Shown: in pieces, positions 1 through 12,860 of the stretch
How the letters are laid out: every line of letters begins with the position of its first letter
Position numbering within the stretch: the first letter of the stretch is position 1
Assembly (NCBI GenBank): GCA_964016885.1
Contig: OZ024750.1
Coordinates: 32,612,001-32,676,000 of the forward strand
Length of the DNA: 64,000 nucleotides
Reading direction: 5' to 3'
Origin: Eledone cirrhosa
Lineage: Eukaryota
Notes under the pieces: generated by a model
Database searches by the model: none
What the model saw: the letters and a program-made list of their open reading frames with translations, nothing else
Told to the model about the DNA's origin: nothing
Position numbers and translations under genes: made by a program

Positions 1-225
1 TGCATGTGTCAAATGAACAGTATTCGAAAACAGCGATGAACTGGACTCCGCCTGGCGGTAAACGGATGCGGGGTTGCCCAAGTATTACCTGGCGATAAAC
101 GTTCCGGAAGGACCTGATGGCAGCCAACATCACCTGGCACGGTCTCGAAAAAGTTGCCGCTGATCGCCGCCGTTGGCGAGTATTTACTGCTCGATGCGCC
201 GAACGGCACGGAAGAATCTAAGACT
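1..225 (+). mobile_element. 3' end of an RTE-clade LINE (decayed), (CTAAGA)n tail
   Basis: + strand reads ..KTAMNWTPPGGKRMRGCPSITWR*TFRKDL..VAADRRRWRVFTARCAERHGRI*, typical of RTE C-termini (GRP..W..D..DR..WR); ends in a CTAAGA tandem tail. Confidence 0.75.
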
Positions 226-416
226 AAGACTAAGATATGTATATATATATACGTATGTATCTGTGGGTGTATTTAATGCATTTAATATAAACAATTATAT
301 AGATCATAACATTTTATATGTTTATATAACTCTGTAATTGATTTCCTGGTGAAACCTTATAAAGATTAAATCAATTTGATCCAGGATACTCTATACATTC
401 ATTATTATATTACACC

Positions 417-605
417 GGTGTATTGGCAGTATCGGTAGAGGGTCGGACGCCATGCTTTGAAACATAGAGTTACGTCCCTTTACGATCCGAGTTCAAATCC
501 CGCCAAGGTTGACTTTGCCTTTTATCCTTACAGGGTCGATGAAATAAAGTACCAGTAATGCACTGGGTAATTGCTGGCATTGTGCCTAAAGTAGAAACAA
601 TTATT
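417..605 (+). mobile_element. tRNA-derived SINE family A (Meta-like core)
   Basis: A/B-box-like head (TGGCAGTATCGG / GAGTTCAAATCC), core GACTTTGCCTTT.ATCCTTAC.GGGTCGAT.AAATAAAGTACCAG; flanked by direct repeat ATTATTATATTACACCG (TSD). Confidence 0.85.
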
Positions 606-719
606 ATATTACACCGAAAGCACTCTGTAAAATAGTTGGTTCTACATCCTGCCATAGAAACTGTGTCAAAAATGTAGACTATGACCGAGATATTATCTCC
701 CCTCCCCAGGTTAGGTACA

Positions 720-930
720 TTGGCATTATATTTAGAGCGTCGGACAACATGCTTTGCAGCATAGAATTACGACCCTTTACGTTCTGAGCTCAATTCCTGC
801 TGAGGTTAGCTTTGCCTTTCATCCTTACGGGGTCGATAAATAAACGACCAGTAATGCATTAGGGTTGATATAATTGATTTTCCCTTCTCCCAAATTGCTT
901 GCCCTGTGCTTAAAATAGAAACAATTATCT
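720..930 (+). mobile_element. SINE family A copy
   Basis: Colinear with 417-605. Confidence 0.8.
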
Positions 931-1746
931 CTCCTCGCCACTTATCTAGAAAGACAATAACTCTGAATAAGAAATGTTTTAAACTACGATATTTCACCTA
1001 AGCAGTGTCCTACTGGGGGAATATTTTAGCAGAAATATATACCACACTCAATTCAATTTACTATAACATTTCCTAGTATATTTCTATCATCCTTTTGTGG
1101 CTGTAAAAATATCATTATTGTTGTTGGGAAAAACCCCTGAATACCCTGGCATAACTAAAAGTGGTCTAGGTGATATCAGTAAGAACTGAAGTGAACGTGT
1201 GTGTACAGAGTCTCGTTGTAGTCTCTTGCTGGTAGTTCATCATCATCAACCTCCTCATCATTTTAGATCCGTTTTTCCATGCTTGCGTGTGTTGAATAGG
1301 TCATTTTCAGCACAGCATCTCTCCACTCACAGTGTATCATTAATATAATTATAATTAACAGTAATTGTAAAACCAGTGGAAATTTGTTCAGTAATTATAT
1401 TATTATAATAAAATTGTTAGTGATAGCATTTTTATAGAGTACTAGCAGTAAAGCCCGGCGTTGCTCGGGGTCGCTCAGTAGCTGTGTTAAAGTTACAATG
1501 TTAAGTTTCTTTTTTGGCTTAAAAACTGTAGTGTCTACTGTGCAGACTTGCATGTGGTGTTTTTGATTAATATTCCCTCAACCAACAATATGCCTTATGA
1601 AGTTAAGAAAACATAACGATAACCCGAATGTTATAACAAAAGAGGATGCTGGGGATAAAAACTGCACTGGTTATTTATTAACAAAGATCGAAAATGTAAA
1701 CACTGCAACGCAGAGAAAAACATTAGCGTAACCAAATTATCAGTTA

Positions 1747-1967
1747 TGTCTGTCTGCACGCCTATATCACCTCTCTGCACGACTATCTGTCTGCACGCGT
1801 ATATCACCTCTCTGCACGACTGTCTGTCTGCACGCCTATATCACCTCTCTGCACGACTATCTGTCTGCACGCGTATATCACCTCTCTGCACGACTATCTG
1901 TCTGCACGCGTATATCACCTCTCTGCACGACTATCTGTCTGCACGCGTATATCACCTCTCTGCACGC
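1747..1967. repeat. 37-bp minisatellite (about 6 copies) inside the Helitron
   Basis: Unit CTATCTGTCTGCACGCGTATATCACCTCTCTGCACGA repeated head-to-tail. Confidence 0.95.
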
Positions 1968-2253
1968 CTAACGAAATTTACAGATACATATATTTTAAAT
2001 AAACTTATATAATTTTTGCTTTTTTTTACGAAATATTTGCTTGTTTTACGTAGTCTTTAAATAGACTTGTTTTCAAGTAAAAATATTGTTTTAAAAGGCT
2101 TTTAAATGGAAATGAAGCAAAACGGAAGCTTAGTGTTCGAACTGATGAATTTTGCAGGTCAAAATTTTGCTGGCTCGACAACTGTTCGTGTATTGTGTTA
2201 ATGTCATTTTAAACGCTGAGAAAGCCAGCGTAATTTTTTTAATTTTTGCCAGC

Positions 2254-2417
2254 GTAATTTTTTTAATTTTTGCACGCAGAAAATGTAAACAGAACGTAAG
2301 ACGCTACGCTGAATGTAAACAGAACAAAGGGAAATAATTTTTTTAATTTTTGCACGCAGAAAATGTAAAGAGAACGTAAGACGCTACGCTGAATGTAAAC
2401 AGAACAAAGGGAAATAA
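2254..2417. repeat. About 80-bp tandem duplication inside the Helitron
   Basis: TAATTTTTTTAATTTTTGCACGCAG...AAAGGGAAATAA occurs twice. Confidence 0.9.
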
Positions 2418-2631
2418 CTCATCACTTACGCTCAAAAATCGATACATTATATTCGATTTCGTCAGATAGGGCGGGTCAATTTGAAATATTTTTTTCCGAT
2501 GTCTTCGCTAGGGCTCAATGTACAAGTATAGCAATTTCGGTGCAATTCCGTGAGAGATTCTAAGAGGAGATGTGTGCCAAAAATCGATAGACAGACAGAC
2601 AACCTCAGTTTTATATATATAGATAGATGAA

Positions 2632-2845
2632 TGAACTGAGAGAAACACTGGATATAAGAGGAATGAGATGTAGTATTAAGGAGAGAAGACTGCACTGGTA
2701 TGGACATGTGATGTATATGGATGATGAATGCTGGGTGAAGAAATACCAAATGATATCAGTAAAAGAGAAGATGTATTAAGGCTATGAGTGGAGGTGAGGC
2801 TGTACAATCATGGAAAGACAGATGTATGATGAGGATGATGATATT
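2632..2845 (+). mobile_element. RTE LINE 3' fragment
   Basis: ELRETLDIRGMRCSIKERRLHWYGHVMYMDDECWVKK resembles the C-terminus of ORF 19494-21764; GAT-type tail. Confidence 0.75.
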
Positions 2846-2945
2846 ATCAATGAAAAAGAACATCAAAACTCCAATTGAAATATGTGCATAGATATATAGG
2901 TATATGTATGTGTGTACATTTATAGCTACCAACACCGTGTATATA

Positions 2946-2984
<39 letters not shown>

Positions 2985-3178
2985 GTATATCATTGTAAAC
3001 GTGGTTGCTGTTAGGAAGGTCATCATCTAGCTGTAAAAACCCCAGCCAAAATACAGTTCTGGTTGAGCAAAGTTTTGTATGGTCAACTGGTCAGACTTGT
3101 CTCATAATATGGACAATCCGTCTAGTTCATCCAAGCATGGAAAAATAGATGTTAAAAGGTCATGATGATGATGATATG

Positions 3179-3230
<52 letters not shown>

Positions 3231-3234
3231 TATA

Positions 3235-3412
3235 ATTGTTTCTACTTTTGGCACAAGGCCAGCAATTATCCCAGTGTATTACTAGTACTTTATTTTATTG
3301 ACTCCGTAAGGATGAAAGGCAAAGTTAACCTCGGCGGGATTTGAAATCAGAATGGCAAGGGCCGTAACTCTATGCGTTAAAGCATGGCGTCCGACCCTCT
3401 ACCAATACTGCA
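3235..3412 (-). mobile_element. SINE family A copy
   Basis: Reverse complement of the 417-605 type. Confidence 0.8.
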
Positions 3413-3751
3413 GCCTATTCATAAAAAAATATATATTGTCTGTACAGCAAATAAGTCAAGAGATAAATTAATAGAAAAACCTAGAACTATATCAAAACTT
3501 AATGTCAACTAATGTTTTTAAACAAATTATTATAATTTTAAAACAAGAACAAATCATTTTTCTAAAAGAAATTTATTTTCAATAATTTTCAGGCCATTTA
3601 TTTTTTATAAGAAAATATATCAAAATAGAAATACTCAGAACGTAATGTGGACAGATATTTTTGGAGTGAGTGTATAAGTTTGTATGTATTTGTGTGTGTG
3701 ATTGGGTGTTTGCATGTATGTATATGTGTGAGTATATATATATATATATAT

Positions 3752-4174
3752 ATAATATATAAGATCAAAAGATGGTTAAAGGAGTTCCATGTATTTTATT
3801 ATGTGCATTTCAAAAACAAACATCATCATGCAATAATATTTGTGTTTTCATCAGATAAAACAGGAGAACATGATATGAAGGCTAAAAAACACTTGTGGAT
3901 AGTGCAGTTTTAAATCAACATATGTTGATTTAAAACTGCACTATGCACAAGTGTTTTTTAGCCTTCATATCATGTTCTCCTGTTTTATCTGATGAAAACG
4001 CAAATATTATTGCATGATGATGTTTGATTTTGAAATGCACATAATAAAATACATGGAACTCCTTTAACCATCTTTTGATCTTATATATTATGTATACTCC
4101 AGTCCTACAAACTGTAGAGTGCTTCTTATCCGATATCTGCATTGCTTTATTGTACTACAATAAAACTCACCTCC

Positions 4175-4178
<4 letters not shown>
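3752..4178 (+). mobile_element. Fold-back Penelope-like pseudo-LTR insertion in (TA)n
   Basis: About 170-bp near-perfect inverted arms centred at 3921/3922, hammerhead in each arm, unpaired tail 4092-4178; same family at 14538-14752. Confidence 0.75.
3981..4051 (+). ncRNA. Type I hammerhead ribozyme motif
   Basis: Stem I TGTTTTAT/ATAAAATA, CTGATGA (3989), imperfect long stem II, GAAA (4032), stem III ATG-CA-CAT, AUA cleavage triplet. Confidence 0.65.
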
Positions 4179-4210
<32 letters not shown>

Positions 4211-4899
4211 TAAGAGGAATTCCAACTTTGTCTGATTTACTCGTTTTATTTACAATCCTTTAAAATTTATAATGGTATTATAATATATTTATATCTAAAA
4301 TGGCAATGATGATGATGATGATGATATGTGTGTGTATGTATGTAAGTATGTGTGTGTGTATATGTATGTGCATGTATGTGTGTGTGTCTCTGATGTGTGA
4401 GTGTGTGTGTATGAGCATATGCATCTGTATGAGTGATTGTGTGGATGTATGTATCTGTGAGTATATGTGCGTATGTATTTTTGTATGTGTGTATGTTCGT
4501 ATGTTTGTATTGTATATGTATGTGTGTGTGTGCGCGTGTGTGCTTGTATGTATGTCTATATGTGGTGTGTGTGTGTATGAAGGATAATTGACCATTGAGC
4601 TTGTAAGATTTTTCATTATTAGCCATCACAAAGTAATAATATAGAAGAACTAGAGAGGAGCAAGAGAGAAGTTATCTGTTTATTTGCTTGGAATTGGTAA
4701 ACAATGAGAATAGTACCTCGACTAAACATTATGGACAAATCACGTACAGAGTGTTTGTACAGAAAAGAAGAAAAACTCTATGTGATATGAAGAAACATCA
4801 ATATAAATATAAAAAGAAAGAAAAACTCTATGTTAATATGAAGACACAAATATAAATATAAAAACAATAGCAGCCTAACAGAGCCAGCAAAGACTAAAG

Positions 4900-5110
4900 C
4901 TAGCCTGATGCAGTCATCAAAGCTAAACGACCAAACAAGTATGATTCTGTGCATCCTGATTGATGTGTCATGCCCAATGGAGAGAAACATTGCAATTAAG
5001 ATGCCAAAACATGAGACAATTAGAAGACACTGCTTGTAGATTTATCAGAAGGAGAAGACACAAAAATCAACAATTGTAACCATAATGACTGGTACTTTAG
5101 ACGAGAAATG
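4900..5110 (+). mobile_element. Decayed R4/Dong-like restriction-endonuclease LINE fragment
   Basis: ..CILIDVSCPMERNIAIK.. and IVTIMTGTL resemble the RLE region of the 46010-46965 element. Confidence 0.45.
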
Positions 5111-5237
5111 AATGCTCATGTCTGTATATAGAGAGAAACCTCTGACAACTAGAGCTGAATGTCACACTGCTGTGAAGTAAATACCTCTCCTGTCACATGT
5201 ATGTAAATGTTTGCATGTGTTAGTGCATATGTGCAAA

Positions 5238-5349
<112 letters not shown>

Positions 5350-5977
5350 GTGTGTGTTGTGCACTTCATGTGCTTATTTGTACAGAATGAAATAATTTTT
5401 ATAAAAAACTTTATTGGCTAGATCACTGAGCACTACCTTTTTCTTTTCTAATTTCTAAATTGAAATAATGAGGACTAGTATGATATTGATGATGATGATG
5501 ATAATGATGATGATGATGATAATCTGCCCTAGGTGTTGGAAAGATATGAAATGTTGGAAAGAAATGAAAGCAAAACTGAAAGAAGAGGAAAAACACAAAT
5601 ACTACTACTAATTGTTTCTACTTTAGACACAAGGCCAGCAATTAACCAGTGCATTACTGGTACTTTATTTTAACAAATACTACCAATAATAATTACAATA
5701 CTATCTGAAATCCTTGTGACTTGACAGATGACTAAATACTCCAATGCATTTTCCATCTACACTGCATGACAAAAGGTATAAACCCTCCTTACTTCTCCTT
5801 CTCCTCTTTCATACAACCTCTCTCTCTGTTTATCTACCAATCTATCTTTCACCCTCTCTTCACAGCTGAATCAAATATTTTGTTACAACTTCAAGAGATA
5901 CCATTTTACTACTGGTACTAAAATACTGGTATCTTTCTACAAAGCTCTATCAATATTGTAGAATAGACATTGAAAAT

Positions 5978-6163
5978 TAATTGTTTCTACATTAGGCACA
6001 AGGCCAGAAATTACCCAGTGCATTACTGGTACTTTATTTTATCGACCCCGTAAGGATGAAAGACAAAGTCAATCTCGGCGGGATTTGAACTCAGATCGTA
6101 AAGGGACGTAACCATGCTGGAAAGCGTCCGACCCTCTACCGATACTGCCAATCCACCGCCCTC
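5978..6163 (-). mobile_element. SINE family A copy with 17-bp TSD
   Basis: AGACATTGAAAATTAAT at 5965-5981 and 6164-6180. Confidence 0.88.
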
Positions 6164-6356
6164 AGACATTGAAAATTAATGTCTGTGAATTTTATTCAAA
6201 GTCAGGAATTATGATAATCATGAGAATTGGCATCAACTCTGTCATTACAATGTTTGTAATGAAATATTCTCCCAATGGTTTGGAATTAATTAAAAAAATA
6301 TTTATCATGTTGGTGTTTATAACTTGACATATGAAAAAGTTTATTACATAAATTAA

Positions 6357-6555
6357 TAATTGTTTCTACTTTAGACACAAGACCAGCAATTTGAAGGAGA
6401 GAGGAATGTCAAATAAATCAACCACAGTGCATTACTGGTGCTTTATTTATTGACCTTGTAAGGATGAAAGGCAAAGCTAACCTTGGCAGGATTTGAACTC
6501 AGAACATAAAGGGATATAACTCAATGCCATGAAGCAGGGTGCCCGACACTACCGA
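6357..6555 (-). mobile_element. SINE family A copy
   Basis: Reverse complement of family A. Confidence 0.8.
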
Positions 6556-6664
6556 TTTTTAATAATGGAAAGTTTAAATTTAAACAAACAGTTTTAAACA
6601 AAGATTATATGTAGCCAATTTCTCAGACTTTAAAGCTCTGATAATATAGAATTAATATAAAGAA

Positions 6665-6893
6665 TGATGTGCTCATGTGCTGAGATGCTATAAAATATCT
6701 TACAAAATAAGGTGAAGTTCCTTAAAAGATGGAAAAAGAAGTTGCCAGTGACCCTTATGAGAAAGTAAACCATATATCTCCCATGGGGTTTAATTCTTCA
6801 TAACAGCCAATAGCAACTTCTTTTTCTGTCTTTTAAGGGTCTTCGCCCTATTTTATAAGCTATTTAATAGCATTTCAGTGCATGAGCACATCA
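6665..6893. repeat. Old diverged inverted repeat (arms about 80-100 bp)
   Basis: GATGTGCTCATG..GAAGTTGC versus GCAACTTC..CATGAGCACATC, roughly 80% matching. Confidence 0.8.
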
Positions 6894-7366
6894 GCCACTA
6901 TATTAACAATTGTTTGTCATAGCAGCTAAGGTGGTTCCATGTGGGTTGGTAACAAAAGGATGAATCAGGAAGTAGAGGTACATAAAGTGAGGAAAATATC
7001 TTACTTCTTCTGTTGACTTCCATTAGATACTAGAGGAATACAACTCATACATGCTCACCCCTTATCTCCCTTTGTTCTGGAACTCTTCTTTGCTAGATGT
7101 CAAAGCTCTTTCGTCACTTTGCAAAATGGCTTACTCATGGACACAGACGCGCTAAGAATTTCTATTGCCATGAAATAAAGTCTTAAGAAAAGCAAAGAGT
7201 GTTAAAGACTCATTTAGATACAATATCATTGAAAGCTTATTAATACCTGTGGTTTTTGCTGCTTCCATGAATACTATAGTTGTTGAAGTTTACACACACA
7301 TCCACCCTTAAAATGCAGCCAGCAAGAAGAGGGTTTGTTCAGAATTCTTAGCCATAGTCTCATTGC

Positions 7367-7561
7367 TTAACCCTTTAGCATTTAACCAACCGTATCTGGT
7401 CAGAATTCTCTCACCTCTTTCTGTTCAAACAGGCCATAGCCAGTCACTCATACTGATGTTAAGGTATATTTCTCAAAATAAATTATATCAAAATATGATA
7501 GATTCGATGTTATGTGAGATACAATAATAAATATAGAGTAATGAAAATGCTAAAGTGTTAT
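7367..7561. mobile_element. piggyBac-type MITE
   Basis: TTAA|CCCTTTAGCATT ... AATGCTAAAG(T)G|TTA termini; related copies at 27314, 41049, 61344. Confidence 0.75.
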
Positions 7562-8535
7562 ATATATTTATTTGTTCTCATTAATCTATTTTACTCTCAT
7601 TTTTATTCCTTTTTGGGAGAACTACAAATAATTATCAGTAAATGAATTTGATCTCAATACATAACTGGTACAATATTTTATCTCCACTCAGAAGGATAAA
7701 AGGCAAAGTTGATATTCATGGGGTTTCTAGTCAGAATGTAAAGGGTTCAGAAAAATACCAGAAGATAAAGTTGATATTGGTAGAGTTTGTTAGAAGCTCT
7801 CAGGAGAACTGGACATCAGAAGGTCTTCAGACCCCCTCCCTCAAGCCAGTGTTTCAGCCCTTACAGGGCCAGAAAGTAATAACAGAAGTCCTGATGACTA
7901 AGGATTTTGACAATCTCTTGCTTCACATAAGTTTTTTTTATTTTTATTAAGACTTTCACCATATAAAACAGCTACCCTTATGCTATGTAAAGCAACAAAA
8001 CTACATCAATGAGGTAAATTCTATTAGGAGCTGAACCTACTAGAAATAACAACCAAATCACACTTAAACTACAATATAATATCTTAAATATAAAAATAAA
8101 AGAAAGGACATATTCGATATATGTATGAAAAGAAAGAACAAAGAGAGGATGGTCTGAGTGGAAATATCTTTGATCATAGATAACCTAGGGCAAGACATTA
8201 GCAATATCAACAATAAATAAAATATTCCAACTTTGAAGATATGGTTATTTCTAGGGAATAAAATAACAGCTCTTCTGCAGTTTTGGATTTTTATATTGTT
8301 CACGTTTTCACATATATTTACATACAACAAACTTATATAGAAAACATACATGTAATGAAATACATTAACACTAATATTCTGTATGATCATCATTATTGCA
8401 ACCCTAGTCCAACATTCCTGAAAAAGTCTCTCAACAATTCACAATTTTCCGTTGCTCCTGGCAACTGCTTCCTACTGAGATTTGTATCATCTGAGTGTTG
8501 ATTGATGGAGGTTCAAATATATATATATATAAGTA

Positions 8536-8870
8536 GGCACATGGCTTAGAGGTTAGAGCATTGGCCTTGCAATCGAAAGGTTGTGAGTTCAGTTCTCAGA
8601 CCAGGTGATGTGTTGTTTCCTTGAGCAAGACACTTTATTTCACATTGCTCCAGTTTACTCAGCTGTAGAAATGAGATGATAGGGGACTGGGGTCCCTATC
8701 ATTCCACTGCAAAGTGGTCGCGTAGGTGCCATGGCAAAAAATCACCCAGCACTCACTGTAAATGAGGTTGGTGTTAGGAAGGGCATCCAGCTGTAGAAAT
8801 CAAGCCAGAATCAGTTCCCATCCCACCCTTGCAAGCAGGGAAAAAGCGGACTTAAAACGAAATGATGATA
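8536..8870 (+). mobile_element. SINE family B (tRNA head + CORE-like + RTE-derived 3' part, GAT tail)
   Basis: TGGCTTAG.GG / GAGTTCA.TTC boxes, GTTTCCTTGAGCAAGACACTT core, 3' CCCACCCTTGCAAGCAGGGAAAA shared with the LINE end at about 21730. Confidence 0.9.
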
Positions 8871-8871
8871 A

Positions 8872-9033
8872 GTAGAAGGGATATTTAATTTGTTGGAAAT
8901 TCAACAAATATAAATGTTTATAACTGATTCAGAGCACTCAACAGCTTTCTGGAGTACATATGATATTAAATATTGAATGATATTAAATAGAATAAATATG
9001 GTTTTATAAATATAGTTTCCATCTATTTAATAT

Positions 9034-9038
<5 letters not shown>
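8872..9038 (-). mobile_element. Fold-back PLE-like tail fragment (family of 32500-32937)
   Basis: Shares AGCACTCAACA..TGGAGTA..GATATTAA and ATATGGTTTTATAAATATAGTTTCCAT with the 32.5-32.9 kb element. Confidence 0.6.
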
Positions 9039-9077
<39 letters not shown>

Positions 9078-9079
9078 CT

Positions 9080-9290
9080 ATCATATGTACAGATTAAAGT
9101 TTAAGCAAAGAATTGCTGCATTTACCCTTATGCGGGATCTCCTGAAGATCCCGTAAAAGGGTGAAAGCAGTGATTCTTTGCTTAAACTTTAACCTGTGCA
9201 TATAATAAATATTTGCTCTATGGGTTTTATATATATATATAATCCTTATCGAGCCATCTTTGGATTTTAGTCTTCACATTTATTATTACT
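9080..9290 (+). mobile_element. Fold-back PLE-like insertion with hammerhead core
   Basis: Inverted arms around about 9140; CTGAAGA-T-CCC-GTAAAA-GGG-T-GAAA at 9142-9166; family also at 25410 and 47957; (TA)n on both sides. Confidence 0.7.
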
Positions 9291-10270
9291 ATATATATAT
9301 ATATGAAGAATAGGAAACACAAATTTAAATAATTTTCAAAACCAAACAATGCATTAGAAAGATAATTAAAATTACCAATTTTAATTATATATATATATAT
9401 TTGTGTGTGTATATATTTTAATTATATATATATATATATATTTGTGTGCGTATTGATGTATGTAGCCAATAAATTGAAGATATTCACAAATATCAGAAAT
9501 TAAGGCAAAGTGAAAGAATCACATTTTATTTTGATGTCTGCAGTAAATTTATATTCCATGGTTATAGGTCAGTTTCAACTGGACAGTTTATGGCCTTCAG
9601 ATAGATGATATTTGCTTTTATTTTCTGTTGTTTCAGTTAGAAGAAACACAGGAGTTTCTTGATACCCTACTCTCGTCAATTCTATCTTTTCTTACAGGGG
9701 CCCTCAAAATAAATATCTTATTCTCTGATATTTACCTGTTTATTAAGTGTAATTTAAAATTATTACTGATCAAAAAACAGACCTCAATACATCAATAAGA
9801 GAGTGGAGACAGAGAAGAAGAAGAGAATGGAGAAAGAGAAGATGTCCCTTACATAAGCTGTATCCTTATGTAAGAAATCAATATTATAAGGATTTATTGA
9901 AAAGATTAAACAGTAAAAGAGAAAGAAGCTTCTAGTAAGACAAGACCCTGACACCGGATCAGTCCATACAATATATCCATAATAGAATTAATTATGTAAC
10001 AAATGCAATAAAAGGACAACCATAAAAATATATCTCATTATCTCCTCATAAACATAAGGGAACTTGTGCGAAGTCCAGAAAGTTGAAAGATAATAAGTGT
10101 TTAGGACTGCAGTATGGTCTAATGAATAATACCACTAAAATGATGCATGAGAGAAATGACACTTCAATGAGGAGAGAGGGGGGAAAATAGTGAAGAAAAA
10201 TAAGATTAATGGTCTAGAAAAACCACACTCACTATACTTGAAATAAATCATCTTCAGAATACAGACGTCC

Positions 10271-10307
<37 letters not shown>

Positions 10308-10357
10308 TTGTATATATCATCATCATAGTTTAGTGTCTATCTTCCACGCTAGCATAT

Positions 10358-10638
10358 ATCATCATTTCATCATCATTTCATTTTACGTCCGCTTTTCCCT
10401 GCTTGCAAGGGTGGGATGGGAACTGATTCTGGCTTGATTTCTACAGCTGGATGTCCTTCCTAACACCAACCTCATTTACAGTGAGTGCTGAGTGCTTTTT
10501 TGCCGTGGTACCTCCACGACCACTTTGCAGTGGAATGATAGGGACCCCAGTCCCTATCATCTCATTTCTACAGCTGAGTAAACTGGAGCAATGTGAAATA
10601 AAGTGCCTTGCTCAAGGAAACAACACATCACCCGGTCT
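10358..10638 (-). mobile_element. SINE family B, 5'-truncated
   Basis: Reverse complement of family B. Confidence 0.9.
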
Positions 10639-11087
10639 ATAATTATATATATATACATATATATATAATTATACAAATATATATATATATATATATCACC
10701 ATCATTTTACATCTATTTTTAATTCTTGATAGTTTAGATGGGTCAACATGTTCAAAAACCAGACAGGTCAGTTGACTTCATTTCACTCCTATATTCCATT
10801 CTAGAATGGTATTTATGGCTGAATTCCCTTCCTAACACCAACCCCTGCATAGATGGACTATACTGGGTGAGTTTTATTTTGGTACCACCACTACAACTGA
10901 TGTTTTGTCAAACATCTAAACTACTATTACACATCAATGAGCTGAGAGAAAAAAAACTAAGAATAAAAGGGATTGGGCAGAGTTAAAAAAATAAGTGTCT
11001 GTAAGGAATCCTCACGCACATAGCTGTCTATTTTTTTCCATCTCTTAGAGTACTTTACACGATTTTTCTCAACTGTTAATTATCGTG

Positions 11088-11480
11088 GAGGCACATGGCT
11101 TAGTAGTTAGAGCATTGGCCTTGCAATCGAAAGGTTGTGAGTTCAATTCTCAGACCGGGTGATGTGTTGTTTCTTTGAGCAAGACACTTTATTTCACATT
11201 GTTCCAGTTTACTAAGCTATAGAAATGAGATGATAGGACTGGGGTCCATATCATTCCACTGCAAAGTGGTCGTGGAGGTGCCATGGCAAAAAAGCATCCA
11301 GCCCACATTGTGAAGTGGACGTGGAGGTGCCACAGCAAAAAAGCACCCAGTACTCACTGTAAATGAGGTTGGTGTTAGGAAATGACATCCAGCTGTATAA
11401 ATCAAGCCAGAATCAGTTCCCGTCACACCCTTGCAAGCAGGGAAAAGCGGACATAAAATGATGATGATGATGATGATGAT
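11088..11480 (+). mobile_element. SINE family B with an extra internal 47-bp-type unit
   Basis: Family B with GTGGAGGTGCCA..AAAAAGCA.CCAG duplicated. Confidence 0.9.
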
Positions 11481-11494
11481 ATATATATGTTTCA

Positions 11495-12052
11495 TAAAGG
11501 TTGTCTTTGTGCAATCTGTGGCTACACACTCAAAATATCTAATGCTAAGTTCTTCATTAAGTGCAAGATTGGAGGCGTTGAAACCCTTCTTGTGAAATCA
11601 CAACTACACTAGGCTGGTCATGTAATCAGAATGAGTAACCAAAGAATATCAAAAGTCCTTATGTACAGCCAGCTTGATGGTGGATATAGAAATGTTGGAC
11701 AGCCATGGCTCAGGTACAAAGAGAAGCTGAAGAGTAATCTTTCAACAACCAATATACCTTGTGAGACAATTGAGCAAGTGATCTTGCATCAAAAGAAGTA
11801 GAGATCTGTGTGTCATAATGGGATGAGGAACTTTTAGGCTGGTTGTATCCATAGGCTATAAGAAGCAAGAAGGAAGAGAAAAGCATTATCAAACATACCA
11901 GCAACAGTATCCAGTAAACCTCACCTTTGCACAATCTGTGGACTTTCTTGCAAATCCTTGGCAGGTCTAAAATGTCATGCCTAATATAAACAACCAAACT
12001 AAGTGAACTGAATAGGATGTTTTGACCCTTATATGTCGGGAGAGACCATCAT
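11495..12052 (+). mobile_element. Decayed RTE (BovB-like) 3' fragment
   Basis: ..LLVKSQLH*AGHVIRMSNQRISKVLMYSQLDGGYRNVGQPWLRYKEKLKSNL.. and terminal CTICGLSCKSLAGLKCH zinc-finger-like motif. Confidence 0.7.
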
Positions 12053-12107
12053 ATATATATATGTGTGTGTGTGTGAGTTTGTGTATGTGTGTGTGTGAGT
12101 TTGTGTA

Positions 12108-12144
<37 letters not shown>

Positions 12145-12824
12145 CTGTGTGTGTGTGCGTGCGCATGTGTACACAGATATATTCATGCCTACAAATACAC
12201 ATTCTGAGTTACAGTTTGAAATTTTTAAATGCTTCACTATTTTACAGACAAATTCTAATATATGTATATACATATATACATATACACATATATATATATA
12301 TATCAACTTTATGACTCACCCACACACACACCCCAAAAAATTTTTTTTTCTCACACGCCACCTACACCCACAACACGCTTAAACACCACACACACACACG
12401 TGCGTTCCACCACATATTTACACATTCAGCCTCCGGATTCCTCCCCCCCCCTCTATCCACACACGCACACACACTCCGACCTACACCCCACCCCACACAC
12501 ACCTCTTCCTGAACATGCAACCCCGTTCTTCCCCCAACCCTTGCTTTCACATATACACACACACACACACACACGTACACCTACACACACACACCACCTT
12601 CAGCCCTCCCCGCTCGGACACCCCTTCTCCCTCTCCCCACTCCACCCGCCACCACCCCTACACGCCCCACACCCTTCCACCACCTGTTTTACCCCATTTT
12701 AATTTTATTTTGATCATGCTTTTATTTTTAATTTCATTTGCACCGTTTCCTCCCACCCCCTTTTAGCTATATATCTCTCCACCACTCCCCTGCACACCCT
12801 TTTAACTCTCTTCCCACACACTTT

Positions 12825-12860
12825 TCACCTGAAGAAGGGCTTATGCCCGAAACGTCGTTC
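12825..12860 (+). ncRNA. Minimal type I hammerhead ribozyme (PLE-type)
   Basis: CTGAAGA-A-GGGC-TTAT-GCCC-GAAAC-GTC; followed by about 90 nt of 3' tail ending at (TA)n. Confidence 0.75.

Larger units (their letters stand above)
1442..2623 (-). mobile_element. Non-autonomous Helitron
   Basis: Minus strand: A|TCTATATATATAAAA.. 5' end; 3' end CCCGAGCAACGCCGGG hairpin then CTTTACTG-CTAG|T; inserted between A and T with no TSD. Confidence 0.85.

Noticed and set aside
1747-1967. 37-bp repeat array as a CRISPR
   Set aside because: Head-to-tail units with no unique spacers, no cas genes, eukaryotic context inside a Helitron.
7020-7260. Possible GIY-YIG endonuclease remnant (..IESLLI..)
   Set aside because: Too decayed; needs several frameshifts and no YIG motif can be read.
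8090-8330. Possible ancient CR1/L2 RT fragment (also 9840-10200)
   Set aside because: Only vague motif resemblance; not supportable without a search.
10451-10642. Recurrent ORF MPFLTPTSFTVSAGCFF.. as a gene family
   Set aside because: It is the antisense reading of SINE family B.
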